DNA of 64,000 nucleotides from positions 192,001 to 256,000 of the forward strand of contig CAWDVE010000019.1 in assembly GCA_963805625.1 (NCBI GenBank), written 5' to 3'. The notes beneath the pieces were generated by a model, which worked only from the letters and a program-made list of their open reading frames with translations, did no database searches and was not told the origin of the DNA. A program made the translations under genes and the position numbers. Positions within the stretch are counted from its first letter, which is position 1. Each line of letters begins with the position of its first letter. The stretch is from an uncultured Candidatus Rokubacteria bacterium. Its GTDB lineage: Bacteria; Methylomirabilota; Methylomirabilia; Rokubacteriales; DASRDR01. This document shows positions 29,352-39,490 of this stretch, piece by piece.

Positions 29352-31493
29352 ATGAGCATGCGAACCGGCGTGACGACCCTGGCAGGCGTGCTGGCGATGA
29401 TTCTGACGATCGGCCCGATGCCGAGCGCTGGGGCGGATGATCCGCCGGATCCGGGATTCGAGCGGACACCTCCCCGGCTGAGCCTCACCGACGGACAGGT
29501 CTCGTTCTGGCGACCCGGGGCGCAGGACTGGGCGACGGCGCAGATCAATACGCCGCTCGCGCCCGGAGACATGCTCTCGACGCGCTCGCCCGGAACCGTG
29601 GAGGTCCAGATCGGCGCGCGCGCCTTCGTCCGCGCGTGGGCGAACACGCAGCTCGGCCTAGCCAATCAGGATCCGGACTTCATCCAGTTCACGCTGGTGG
29701 CCGGGAGCGCGGTGTTCGACCTTCGCGCACTGGAGCCGGGAGACACCGTGGAGGTGGACACCCCCAACGCCGCCGTCACGATCCAGCAGGCGGGGTACTA
29801 CCGCGTGGACACCACGGGCGAGCGCTCCAGGGTCATGACGCGCGAGGGCGGCCGAGCCACGGTCACGCCGGCCAGCGGGCAAGCGGTAACCATCACGCCA
29901 AGCGAGGAGCTGGTGATCGAAGGGACGGCGCGCCCCCAGCTGGCGGCATACGCCGCGCCACCGCTCGACGACTGGGACCGCTGGAACTACACGCGGACCG
30001 ATCGGCTCCTCGACGCCGTGAGCGCGCGCTACGTCTCCTCCGGCACCTACGGACTGAGCGACCTGGATCCGTATGGCTCCTGGCGGGTGGTCCCGACCTA
30101 CGGGACCGTCTGGGTGCCGACCGGCGTGCCGGTCGGGTGGGCGCCGTACAGCGAGGGGTCGTGGATCATCGACCCCGTGTACGGCTGGACCTGGGTGGAC
30201 GCGGCGCCGTGGGGCTGGGCCCCGTACCACCACGGGCGCTGGTGCTTCGTGGACGGGTACTGGGCCTGGGCGCCCGGCCCCGTGATCGCCCGGCCCGTGT
30301 ATGCCCCCGCGCTGGTGGCCTTCTTCGGTGACCCGGGCGGGGTCGTTGCCGGACCGGGGCCGGCCGTGGGCTGGGTGGCGCTCGGGTGGGGCGAGCCGGT
30401 CGTGCCCTGGTGGGGGCGACGGGGCGGGGTCCACGGACCGTCGTGGCGTGGATGGGGGGGGCCGCGCGTCGTGAACAACGTGATCGTCACCAACACCACC
30501 GTGGTGCGCGTGCAGAACATCACCGTGTACCGGAACGCGGTCGTACCGCGTGCAGTCGTGGCCGTCGATCGAGCGCGCTTTGGCCGCGGTCCGATCACCC
30601 AGCGCGTCGTCCAGGTGGACGGGCAGAGGCTGAGACCGCTCGCGGGCGCGCCCCAGATTTCGGCCACGCCGGCGAGCTTCGCTCCGACGCTGGGTCACGG
30701 CGTCCGACCGCCCGAGGGGATCTTGAACCGGTCGGTGGTCGCAACGCGGCCCGCGCACCGTGAGGCAGAGGCAGCGACGGCGGGCGCCGAGACGGGGGCG
30801 TCGCGGGGAGTGTCCACGCCTCCGCAGCGTCTCGTCGTGACCAGGCCCGAGCCGCAGGAGCCGATCGGCCCAACCCCGCGACCGTCCTTTGGCCGTGGCG
30901 GGCGTGGAACGGTGGAGCGCCCGATGGCCGACCGCAAGGCGTTGCCCGCACCGCCCCGACCGGGCGTGACATCCGCGGGACCGGCGCGTCAGGGTCCTGC
31001 CGGCGTGGCGACGCTGGCGGGCCCGCAACTCACGTCCGAGCCGGGAAGGGGGCCGGTGAGGCGAGAGCCACCGAGTCTCCCGGCTGAGTCGCCGGCGACC
31101 TTGCGGCCGCGGCCAAACGTGGGGCAGGCGGGGAACGCTCCGGGCGGAGCGCTCCACGCAACTCGCCCCCCGAGTAGAGCGGTGCCGGCAGGCGCCCGGC
31201 CGGTCAACGATCCGTCAGAGCCGCTGAAGGGGCGAGAGGCGTCGCCGCCGGCAGCGCGACAGGCTCCCGCCGCGTCCGGTACGCCCGGCGTGGAGCCCAC
31301 GCCCGAGCTCAGGACCAGAGGTAATGGCGCGTCGACGGCGGCGGTCTATTCGAACGGGCGTCCGAACCGAATGGCGACTCGGCCCGAGATCTCCCGGCCG
31401 CCGGCCCATTCGCTGCCGGGAGAGCCCGCCAATCGTCTCGCGCCGGGCAGGGGCCAGCGGAGCCCAACGCCGCCCGGCCAGCCGAAGGGCTAG
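29352..31493 (+). CDS. Exported FecR-like/DUF6600-type protein with Trp-rich core and Pro-rich tail
   Basis: Signal peptide; RLSLTDGQVSFWRPG, EVDTPNAA, DLDPYGSW, WAPY..G.W, PWGWAPYHHGRW, YAPALVAF. Confidence 0.8.
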   Translation: MSMRTGVTTLAGVLAMILTIGPMPSAGADDPPDPGFERTPPRLSLTDGQVSFWRPGAQDWATAQINTPLAPGDMLSTRSPGTVEVQIGARAFVRAWANTQLGLANQDPDFIQFTLVAGSAVFDLRALEPGDTVEVDTPNAAVTIQQAGYYRVDTTGERSRVMTREGGRATVTPASGQAVTITPSEELVIEGTARPQLAAYAAPPLDDWDRWNYTRTDRLLDAVSARYVSSGTYGLSDLDPYGSWRVVPTYGTVWVPTGVPVGWAPYSEGSWIIDPVYGWTWVDAAPWGWAPYHHGRWCFVDGYWAWAPGPVIARPVYAPALVAFFGDPGGVVAGPGPAVGWVALGWGEPVVPWWGRRGGVHGPSWRGWGGPRVVNNVIVTNTTVVRVQNITVYRNAVVPRAVVAVDRARFGRGPITQRVVQVDGQRLRPLAGAPQISATPASFAPTLGHGVRPPEGILNRSVVATRPAHREAEAATAGAETGASRGVSTPPQRLVVTRPEPQEPIGPTPRPSFGRGGRGTVERPMADRKALPAPPRPGVTSAGPARQGPAGVATLAGPQLTSEPGRGPVRREPPSLPAESPATLRPRPNVGQAGNAPGGALHATRPPSRAVPAGARPVNDPSEPLKGREASPPAARQAPAASGTPGVEPTPELRTRGNGASTAAVYSNGRPNRMATRPEISRPPAHSLPGEPANRLAPGRGQRSPTPPGQPKG

Positions 31494-31503
31494 CCGAGCG
31501 GGA

Positions 31504-31713
31504 TCAGCGCGCCGGGCCCGTGGCCCGGCTCCGGACGACGGCCGCGCGGCGCCCGAGTGCCCGGATGGCAGCGACCGTCCGCTCCGCCGCGGCGCGGTCC
31601 TGCCGGCAGTTGACCACCACGTCGGCGCCCTCCCGGGCGATGCCGAGTGCGATGGCCTGGCCGATGCTGCGGGAGCCGCCCGTCACGAGGGCCCGCTGTC
31701 CCTGGAGGCGCAT
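31504..31713 (-). pseudogene. SDR-family oxidoreductase, N-terminal fragment
   Basis: ALVTGGSRSIGQAIA..EGADVVVN; ends after 69 aa. Confidence 0.75.
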
Positions 31714-31759
31714 ACGAGAATCTACTGCCGACGGGGGGCCCGAGACTACCCTGGTGGGG

Positions 31760-32317
31760 ATGGCTCCGAGGGCGCGCCGCGGGGGGGAGCTCGAGACCCT
31801 TAAGGGGCGAATCGCCGAGGCGTTCGTCGAGGCGATCTTCCGGCGGGCCGGCTACCGGGTGTCGCGTTCCGGTCGCGAGAGCCAGTTCCAGCGGATGATC
31901 AGGGTTGGGTCCGACTCCTTCCTGCCCGACTTCCTGCTGCGCAAACCGGCCGGAGAGACGCCCACCGGTCGGCCGCTCCACCGGCTGATCCCGGTCGAGG
32001 TCAAGTACCGCGCCAGCGTCGAGGAGTTCCTCCGCAGCCACGGCGACGAGCTGTTGGCGCAGGTCGGCGCCCAGTGGCCGGAGCTCTGCATCGTGTTCGT
32101 GACCGACCATCCCGCCTCGGGGCGCTCGTGCTTCCAGGTGCTCGATGTCGCAGCCACGCGGCCGGGCGACCCGCTCACGACGATCGACCTCCACGACGTT
32201 CACGACTTCAACATCTACCTCACGACCGCGCAGGAGTACGAGGGGCTGGTGCGCCAGATCTTCCCCTTGCTCCGTCTGAGCGGGGGGAGCGTGCGCTCGC
32301 CGGGCGAGGTCAGCTAG
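31760..32317 (+). CDS. Stand-alone PD-(D/E)xK nuclease-fold protein
   Basis: KGRIAE...GYRV...LPDFLL...VEVKYR. Confidence 0.65.
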   Translation: MAPRARRGGELETLKGRIAEAFVEAIFRRAGYRVSRSGRESQFQRMIRVGSDSFLPDFLLRKPAGETPTGRPLHRLIPVEVKYRASVEEFLRSHGDELLAQVGAQWPELCIVFVTDHPASGRSCFQVLDVAATRPGDPLTTIDLHDVHDFNIYLTTAQEYEGLVRQIFPLLRLSGGSVRSPGEVS

Positions 32318-32447
32318 CGCCGGTTCGCCCCACCGGGGCGCCGGCCTGCGTCTGGCGCGGGAAGCAACGGCGCAGTCCGGAACGAGGACCTAGCGGCGGC
32401 GCCTCACGCGTGGCTCGCGCCGCTTGCGCCGGCCGGCACCGAGCTCC

Positions 32448-35192
32448 TCACCGATCGACGGCGCCGGGATCCGTACCCGACACGACCAGGGTTGCGCGGT
32501 CCGGGTGGAGGTGCTTCGCGGCGGCGGTGTTCGCCTGGGTCACGGTTACCGCGCGGTAGTGGTCCGCGTAGCGGTCGAGGTAGTCGGGGCCGAGACGGTA
32601 GAACTCCATCGCCCAGAGGACGTCGGCCATCCCGCTGTTGGTCTCGAGGCGCAGCGGGAAGCGGCCGGTGAGGTACGCCACGGCCTCGTCCCGCTCCCGC
32701 CGGGTGATCCCGCGGTCGCGGAGCCGTGTCACCTCGCGGAGCATGGTCTCGATCGCCCTCCGCGCGTTGGCCGGGTTTGTCCCGAGCGCTACCCCGAAGG
32801 GCCCCGGGTACCAGCCGGCGTCGAAGTAGCTCTCGACGGTGTAGGCGAGGCCCAGCGCGTCACGGATCACGGCGCCGAGCCGGCTGTTGAGAGCGCCCCC
32901 GCCTCCCAGGACCAGGTTCATGACCTGCGCGGCGTAGAAGTCAGGATCGCTCCGCCGGAGTCCCCCCGCGTGCCCCCACATGATCGTCGTCTGGCTCTTG
33001 TCGGGGATCGGGATCAGAATTCGCTCGGCCGTGGCCTGGAGGGGCACGTCGAGCGCAGGCGGCGGCTCCGCCTGCGGGTTCCGGGGCCAGGCCCCGAGGC
33101 GGGTCTCGACGGCCTCGCGGACCCGGTCGGCCGCGACGTTGCCGGCGAGGACCAGGATCAGCCCGTCAGGGCCGTACTGGTTGCGGTGAAACCCGAGGAG
33201 ATCGTCGCGGCTGATCCTGCCGACCGCCTGCTCGGCCTCATCGAAGGTCGGCGGCCGGAGGGGGTGGCCCGCCGGGTAGATCGCCCGCCCGAACGCCCGC
33301 TCCGCCGCGCTGTCCGGATCGTCGCGCGCCTGGGCGAGCTGCGCCAGCGCCTCGCCCTTGAGCCGACCCAGCTCGGCAGCGGGGAACGCGGGGTGGCGCA
33401 GCATGTCCGCGAGAAGATCCATGACGCGGTCGAAGTCCCGGCTCTCCGCACGTCCCGAGATCATGGTGGCGAGCGCGTCCGCGTTGGCCGAGAGACTCGC
33501 GCCGACGTCCTCGAGCTGGGTGGCGAACGCGAGGGCGCTCCGCTGCTCGGTCCCGCGGGTCAGCATGGCGGCGGTCAGGGACGCGAGGCCTGACTTGGCC
33601 TCCGGGTCGAGGACGTGCCCCGCCGGCAGGCTCGCCCGGAGCGCGAGCGTGGGGCTCGCCGGGTTCTCCTGGACGACGGCGGTGATGCCGTTCGCCAGCG
33701 TGAAGCGGGTGACGCGCCGGTCGACCGGGGGCTGCCTCGACGACGGCGGGATCGGGATCGCCCGGGCGCCCCGGCCCGCTTTCTCCACCCGGGCGGCGGC
33801 TTCCTGGGGCGGCGACGCGGGGGACGCCCCGCCGAGAGTGGGGACGAAGTGCCCGATCGTGCGCGTGTCCGCGAGGAAGTACTTCCGCGCCACCGCCTGG
33901 ACCACTTCCGGTGTCAGCGCGTGGATGCGGTCCAGGTAGGTCGTGAGGTAGCGCCAGTCGTCCACCATGGCCCAGTAGCCGAGCTCGCGGGCCTGGGCCG
34001 TCACGCTCTCCGTCTGGTACGCGAAGCTCGACTCGATACGTCGCGTGGCCCGTGCCAGCTCCTCGGCGGTGATGGGCGCCGCCTTCATCCGCTCGATCTC
34101 GTCCAGCAGCGCGGCCTCGAGCTTCGGGGCGGACACGCCCGGCCGCGCGGTCGCCGTCACGAGGAACAGGAAGGGGTCGCGAAGGCTCGGGGCCCCGGCG
34201 TCGAAGCTGGAGGCGAGCTCCGTCTCGACGAGGGCCTGGTAGAGGCGGCCGGTGCGGCCCTCCCCGAGTACGGTCCCCAGGACGTCGAGGGCGTAGAAGT
34301 CCGGGTGCTGGGCCGCCGGGACCTTGTAGGCGAGTGTCACGATCGGGAGCGCGCCGGCCTGGTTCACGATGACGCGACGCTCGCCGCGCTGCTCGGGCTC
34401 GGTCGTGTAGACGGGCGGCGGCGGCGGGATCGGCGCGAGGGAGCCGAAGTGCTTCCCGACCAGGTCCAGGGCCTGCTTGGTCTCGAAGTCCCCGACGATC
34501 ACGACGGTGGCGTTGTTCGGTCCGTAGTGGGCGCGGTAGTAGTCGTGGAGCGCGCTCCGCGGCATCTGCTCGACGTCGCTCCGCCAGCCGATGACCGGCC
34601 AGTGGTAGGGGTGCGCCTGGATCGCCGTCGCCGTCACGGCCTGGCGCAGCAGGGTCTCGGGATCGTTCTCGCCGCCCTCCAGCTCGCTCCGGACCACGGT
34701 CATCTCGGAGTCGAGGTCGGCCTTGTCGATCCGGCTGTGGGCCATCCGGTCCGCCTCGAGCTCGATGGCCAGCTCGAGCCGGTCGGCCGCCAGCGTCTCG
34801 AAGTAGCTGGTCCAGTCGTAGAACGTGTTGGCGTTGAAGCTCGCCCCGTTCAGGAAGAGCGTGCGCGCGATCTCCCCCACGCGGTATCGCTGCGTTCCCT
34901 TGAACATCATGTGCTCGAGGAGATGGGAGATGCCGGTGATGCCGGTGTGCTCGTTGCGCGACCCGACCCGGTACCAGACCCCGAAGCTCACCACCGGCGC
35001 GCTCCGGACCTCCTTCGTCAGGACGCGGAGGCCGTTGGGAAGGCGCGTTTCGGTCACCCCCGCCGTCAGCGCCGGGGCCGGCGTCGGGAAGGGCGCCTGG
35101 CCGGCGACGAGCCTCACGCCGGCGAGCACCAGGAGGAGGCTGAGGAGGATCGGGCCGGATCCGCGTCGCGCTGGGGTCCACGGGCCATTCAT
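32448..35192 (-). CDS. M16 family zinc protease (pitrilysin/PqqL-like), exported
   Basis: HLLEHMMFKGT (HxxEH), NANT..DWT.Y, HPYHWPVIG; duplicated M16 halves; signal peptide. Confidence 0.93.
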   Translation of the reverse strand: MNGPWTPARRGSGPILLSLLLVLAGVRLVAGQAPFPTPAPALTAGVTETRLPNGLRVLTKEVRSAPVVSFGVWYRVGSRNEHTGITGISHLLEHMMFKGTQRYRVGEIARTLFLNGASFNANTFYDWTSYFETLAADRLELAIELEADRMAHSRIDKADLDSEMTVVRSELEGGENDPETLLRQAVTATAIQAHPYHWPVIGWRSDVEQMPRSALHDYYRAHYGPNNATVVIVGDFETKQALDLVGKHFGSLAPIPPPPPVYTTEPEQRGERRVIVNQAGALPIVTLAYKVPAAQHPDFYALDVLGTVLGEGRTGRLYQALVETELASSFDAGAPSLRDPFLFLVTATARPGVSAPKLEAALLDEIERMKAAPITAEELARATRRIESSFAYQTESVTAQARELGYWAMVDDWRYLTTYLDRIHALTPEVVQAVARKYFLADTRTIGHFVPTLGGASPASPPQEAAARVEKAGRGARAIPIPPSSRQPPVDRRVTRFTLANGITAVVQENPASPTLALRASLPAGHVLDPEAKSGLASLTAAMLTRGTEQRSALAFATQLEDVGASLSANADALATMISGRAESRDFDRVMDLLADMLRHPAFPAAELGRLKGEALAQLAQARDDPDSAAERAFGRAIYPAGHPLRPPTFDEAEQAVGRISRDDLLGFHRNQYGPDGLILVLAGNVAADRVREAVETRLGAWPRNPQAEPPPALDVPLQATAERILIPIPDKSQTTIMWGHAGGLRRSDPDFYAAQVMNLVLGGGGALNSRLGAVIRDALGLAYTVESYFDAGWYPGPFGVALGTNPANARRAIETMLREVTRLRDRGITRRERDEAVAYLTGRFPLRLETNSGMADVLWAMEFYRLGPDYLDRYADHYRAVTVTQANTAAAKHLHPDRATLVVSGTDPGAVDR

Positions 35193-35448
35193 TAATCGTA
35201 CCTCCGATTCTGTCGACTCATCGTCGCACGGAGTCGACGATCGTCACCGAGCGCCGGCCCGCCCGCCCCGGTGCATCGGCGCGGCGTCCGCCGTGCGGCA
35301 GTACGGCGATGGCGTGTCCGGTCTCGTGGACCACGGTACGCTGACCATGATGCCCAAACGACGAGCCGGGCTCCTGAGCCCGGCCTTCGCGGGCTCTCTC
35401 CCGCCGGCGTCGACACCATCTGATGCGGCGACGCCGGGGGACCGAGCG

Positions 35449-37608
35449 CTATGCCCGCTTCAGCGACGCCCGATCGATCGGCAGGCGGCGGATGCGCTTG
35501 CCCGTCGCGGCGAAGATCGCGTTGCAGATCGCGGGAGCGACCGTCGGCACGCCGGGCTCGCCCAGGCCCCCGGGCGCCTGGCCGGATTCGAGGATGTGCA
35601 CCTCGGTCATCGGCGTCTCGGCGATCCGCATCATCGGGTAGGTGTGGAAGTTGGTCTGCTGGACGCGCCCGGCATCGAGCGTGATCTGGCCGTAGAGTGT
35701 CGCCGTCATCGCATAGACGGCGCCGCCCTCCATCTGCGCCTTGACCTGGTCCGGGTTGACGGCGATCCCGCAGTCGATCGCGCAGACGAGACGGTGAACC
35801 CGGACGGCGCCGTCGTCCGCGACGGACACCTCGGCCACGTGGGCGGAGTAGCTCGCGTAGGAGAAGCAGACCGCGATGCCGCGCCCCTGTCCCGCCGGGA
35901 GCGGCGCGCCCCAGCCGGCCCGGGTCGCGGCCAGCTCGAGAACGGCCTTGTGGCGAGGGGACTTGCCGAGAAGGGCGCGGCGGTACTCGTAGGGGTCCTG
36001 GCCCGCGAGGTGCGCCAGCTCGTCGACGAAGGTCTCGACGATGAACGCGTTCTGGGAGGACCCGACCGAGCGCCAGAATCCGACCGGCACCCCGACGTCC
36101 TTGTCCACCCACTCGATCCGGACGTTCGGGATGTCGTACGGCAGGTCCCGGAGCCCGGCCATCGCCGTGCCGTCGACCTGGCCGGCCGCGACGTTGCCTC
36201 GCTGGCGGAGGAGGCCCGGGCCCACCGCGCGCGTGAACCAGGCAGTCGGCTTCCCCGAGGCGTCGAGCGCGGCCCGGAACACGTTGTGGGTGTTCGGCCG
36301 GTAGAAGCTGTGCGTCATGTCGTCCTCGCGCGTCCACAGCACCTTCACCGGCCCGCCGCCGATCGCCTTCGCGACCTCGACCGCGTCGATCACGAAGTCT
36401 CGTTCCCCGCGCCGCCCGAACCCGCCGCCGAGGAGGGTCGTGTTGACGGTCACGCGCTCGACGGGGAGTCCCGTCAATCGCGCCGCGACCTCGCGCGAGC
36501 CGCCGGGGTTCTGCGTGGGCGCCCAGACCGTGCACGCGTCGGCCGTCACGTGGGCCGTCGCGTTCATGGGCTCCATGCAGGCCTGCTCGAGATACGGCAC
36601 CTGGTAGATCGCCTCGACGACCTTCCCGCCCGCGGCCAGGGCTGCCGCGGCATCGCCGTCGTTCCGCGCGACCAGGCCCGCTCGGCCCGCGGCGGCCGCG
36701 TGCTCCTTCGCGATCCCCGCGCTCGAGAGCTGGCCGAGCTGACCGTCGTCCCACACTACCTTCAGGGCCTTCCGGCCCTGGAGCGCGGTCCAGAAGTTGT
36801 CGGCCACCACGGCGACGCCGCTCGTGACCCGGACGACGTGCTTGACGCCGGGGATCGCCTTCGCCGGTGCCGCGTCGAAGGACTTGACCTTGCCGCCGGC
36901 CACGACGGGGCACTTCTCGATGGACGCGACCAGCATGCCGGGGACCGTCACGTCGATCCCGTAGACCGCCTGGCCGTTGACCTTTTGCGGGACGTCGACG
37001 CGCCGCACGTCCTTGCCGATGTAGCGGAACTGTTCCTTCGTCTTGAGCGGCGGGTTCTGCGGGACCGGCAGGGTTTGTGCCTTGTCCACCAGTTGGCCGT
37101 AGGGGAGGCGGCGACCGGTGGGGACGTGGACGACCACCCCGGGCTCGGTCGTCACCTCGTCGAGGGGGACGCCCCACTCCTGGGCCGCCGCCTCGCGGAG
37201 CATCTGGCGCGCCGCGGCGCCGGCCTTCCGCAGGGGCTCGAGGTGATCGCGGACGCCGCGGCTCCCGCCGTAGGACTGCTGGCGGGTGACCGGGTTCGCG
37301 TAGAGGCTCGGATCGGTCGGCGCGGCCTCCACCCGGACGCGGTTCCAGTCGGCGTCGAGCTCGTCCGCGACGATCATCGGCATGGTGGTCATCGAGCCCT
37401 GACCCATCTCGGGGACCGAGTTGATGATGGTGACGACGCCGTCGCGATCGATGCGGAGCCACTGGTTGGGGGCGAAGACGCCCGCGCCCTGAGCCTCGGC
37501 CGGGAGACGGTCCAGCAGCGGCAGGCGGAACCCGATGACGAGCCCGGTGCCGACGGCGAGCCCGCCCTTGAGCAGCGCGCGGCGGCTCGGACGCGCGTGC
37601 GAAGCCAT
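35449..37608 (-). CDS. Xanthine dehydrogenase-family Mo-cofactor subunit (IorB-like), Tat signal
   Basis: SRRALLK, EMGQG, LGGGFGRRG, WTREDD, WRSVG, GGLGEPG. Confidence 0.92.
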   Translation of the reverse strand: MASHARPSRRALLKGGLAVGTGLVIGFRLPLLDRLPAEAQGAGVFAPNQWLRIDRDGVVTIINSVPEMGQGSMTTMPMIVADELDADWNRVRVEAAPTDPSLYANPVTRQQSYGGSRGVRDHLEPLRKAGAAARQMLREAAAQEWGVPLDEVTTEPGVVVHVPTGRRLPYGQLVDKAQTLPVPQNPPLKTKEQFRYIGKDVRRVDVPQKVNGQAVYGIDVTVPGMLVASIEKCPVVAGGKVKSFDAAPAKAIPGVKHVVRVTSGVAVVADNFWTALQGRKALKVVWDDGQLGQLSSAGIAKEHAAAAGRAGLVARNDGDAAAALAAGGKVVEAIYQVPYLEQACMEPMNATAHVTADACTVWAPTQNPGGSREVAARLTGLPVERVTVNTTLLGGGFGRRGERDFVIDAVEVAKAIGGGPVKVLWTREDDMTHSFYRPNTHNVFRAALDASGKPTAWFTRAVGPGLLRQRGNVAAGQVDGTAMAGLRDLPYDIPNVRIEWVDKDVGVPVGFWRSVGSSQNAFIVETFVDELAHLAGQDPYEYRRALLGKSPRHKAVLELAATRAGWGAPLPAGQGRGIAVCFSYASYSAHVAEVSVADDGAVRVHRLVCAIDCGIAVNPDQVKAQMEGGAVYAMTATLYGQITLDAGRVQQTNFHTYPMMRIAETPMTEVHILESGQAPGGLGEPGVPTVAPAICNAIFAATGKRIRRLPIDRASLKRA

Positions 37609-38072
37609 CACGCCCCTCCCCGTGCGAGCGTGGCGGCCCGGTGGACGGCCGCCCGGATCCGCTGGTAGGTGCCACAGCGGCAGATGTTTCCCGCCATGGC
37701 CGCGTCGATGTCCTGGTCGGTGGGCGCCGTGTTCTGGGCGAGGAGCGCGGCCGCCGACATGAGCTGGCCGGACTGGCAGTAGCCGCACTGGGGGACGTCG
37801 AGCTCCATCCAGGCGCGCTGGACCGGGTGGTCGGTCTTGGCCGAGAGCCCCTCGATGGTGGTCACCTGCTTCCCCGCGACGGCCGCCACCGGCGTGACGC
37901 ACGCGCGCGCTGGCACGCCGTCGACGTGGACCGTGCAGGCGCCGCAAAGCGCCATCCCGCAGCCGTACTTGGTTCCGGTGAGCCCGAGCGTCTCCCGGAT
38001 CGCCCAGAGGAGCGGCATGTCCGGGGACACGTCGAGCTGGCGGGGCGTACCGTTCACGGTCAGGGCGATCAT
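37608..38072 (-). CDS. (2Fe-2S)-binding subunit (IorA-like)
   Basis: [32 protein letters not shown]; stop overlaps the iorB-like start. Confidence 0.93.
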   Translation of the reverse strand: MIALTVNGTPRQLDVSPDMPLLWAIRETLGLTGTKYGCGMALCGACTVHVDGVPARACVTPVAAVAGKQVTTIEGLSAKTDHPVQRAWMELDVPQCGYCQSGQLMSAAALLAQNTAPTDQDIDAAMAGNICRCGTYQRIRAAVHRAATLARGGA

Positions 38073-38227
38073 GCTGACTCCTTCCCCATCGTTCGCCCCA
38101 TCGCCCGCACGGTCACGGGCCCGGTTTGGGTGCGATCAACGGGATTCCGTCCCGCCCGGCCGGGTGCGTGTCCCTGCGAGCGGCTCGGGCTGATCGGATC
38201 GTGATCCGCGTGACGTTCTCCTCGGAG

Positions 38228-39103
38228 CTAGGCCTTCAGATGTGTATCGAAGTGGGCAAGGCAGCGCTTCCATCCGTCCGCTGCCGCCGTCGGGTTGTAT
38301 GAGGGGCGGTAGTCGGCAAAGAAGGCGTGGCCGGCCCCTGGATAGATCACAGCCTGGGCAGTCGGGTTCTGAGGCTTCAGCATGTCGACGAACCTCTGCA
38401 CCTCGACGGGTGAGGGGTTCTGGTCATTCTCCCCGTACAGCCCGAGGAACGGCGCCTTGATGTCCTTGGCCACGTCGAACGCGGTGAGGGGGTTCGGCGA
38501 GTCGGCGAACGGGAGCCTCAGAGGTCCGTACCATGCCACGGTGGCCTTGATGTCGGGGTGGGCCGCGGCGACCTGGTAGGTGACGCCCCCTCCCCAGCAC
38601 CAGCCCGTGATAGCGATCCGGTCGACGCGCACGCCGGGGCGTGTCTTCGCCCAATCCGCAGCCGCCGCGACATCGCCCAGTAGCTGTTTCCTGGGCACGG
38701 CGAGCACGATCTTCAGGATGTCCTGGATGTTGCTGAGCTGCCCCACGCCGCCCTCGCGCTGGAAGAGCTCGGGCGCCACGCAGCAGTAGCCGGCCTTGGC
38801 AAACCGCCGTGTGACGTCCTTCACCCACTCGTGAACGCCAAAGACCTCGGAGATCGCCAGGACGATCGGGGCGTTGGTGCCCGAGGCGGGCCGCGCCTCG
38901 TAGACCGGCATGCCGTAGTCGCCGATCTTGACCGTGTAGTCGCCGGCCACGATGTCCGTGGTGTCGGTCTTGATGGCCTGCGCCAGGACCTTGTCGGCGC
39001 CCACGGCGTAACCGACGAACGTGGCGGCGCCCACCTTGAGCGCTTGGCGCCGCGTCAGGCCCGTCGTCTCCTTAGAAGCGTCCCCGTCGTGCGCTGAGGT
39101 CAT
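38228..39103 (-). CDS. Dienelactone hydrolase family protein, Tat signal
   Basis: TRRQALK, SEVFGVHE, GWCWGG, YPGAGHAFFADYRPSY. Confidence 0.9.
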   Translation of the reverse strand: MTSAHDGDASKETTGLTRRQALKVGAATFVGYAVGADKVLAQAIKTDTTDIVAGDYTVKIGDYGMPVYEARPASGTNAPIVLAISEVFGVHEWVKDVTRRFAKAGYCCVAPELFQREGGVGQLSNIQDILKIVLAVPRKQLLGDVAAAADWAKTRPGVRVDRIAITGWCWGGGVTYQVAAAHPDIKATVAWYGPLRLPFADSPNPLTAFDVAKDIKAPFLGLYGENDQNPSPVEVQRFVDMLKPQNPTAQAVIYPGAGHAFFADYRPSYNPTAAADGWKRCLAHFDTHLKA

Positions 39104-39172
39104 CCGTTCCCCTCTGAGTGGCCGGGTGTCCCTGATTGGCCGAGGTTGAGGAGCGCACCGATCGATGAGGTC

Positions 39173-39201
39173 AGGCTAGAAACCTTCACGAAGAGTGTCA
39201 A
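39173..39201 (-). promoter_or_regulatory. Putative sigma70 promoter
   Basis: TTGACA-N17-TAGCCT, about 70 nt upstream of 39103. Confidence 0.55.
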
Positions 39202-39490
39202 GGTGCCACGATTCTGGGCGATCCACTCCGATGTCACCTGAGGGTCATTCTCACCGAGGTCTGTTAAAGACAACCAAAGGACCGCTCGGTGGGTTCCAGC
39301 GGCCCGATGGTCGAGGAGTCTCCACGTCATCAAACGGGGTGAGCGATGCGGGATGGGAGCGCCCGTCGATTCTCTCGATGGTTGCTCTCCTCGGGGGCCT
39401 CCGGTCGCGCGGGCGCTGTGACCGAGAGCATACTGATCGGGATCGAGAGCCGGGGCGGCCGAGGCGAGTCAGGCGGCGCCTGGAGGAGCG

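Noticed and set aside
34825-37668. Very long antisense ORFs (also 20968-23523, 41069-43201, 52532-55096, 2183-4210)
   Set aside because: Shadow frames opposite well-supported genes in high-GC DNA; no recognisable motifs.
39100-39333. 77-aa ORF upstream of the dienelactone hydrolase
   Set aside because: It overlaps a good sigma70 promoter in lower-GC intergenic DNA, has no RBS and shows atypical codon use.
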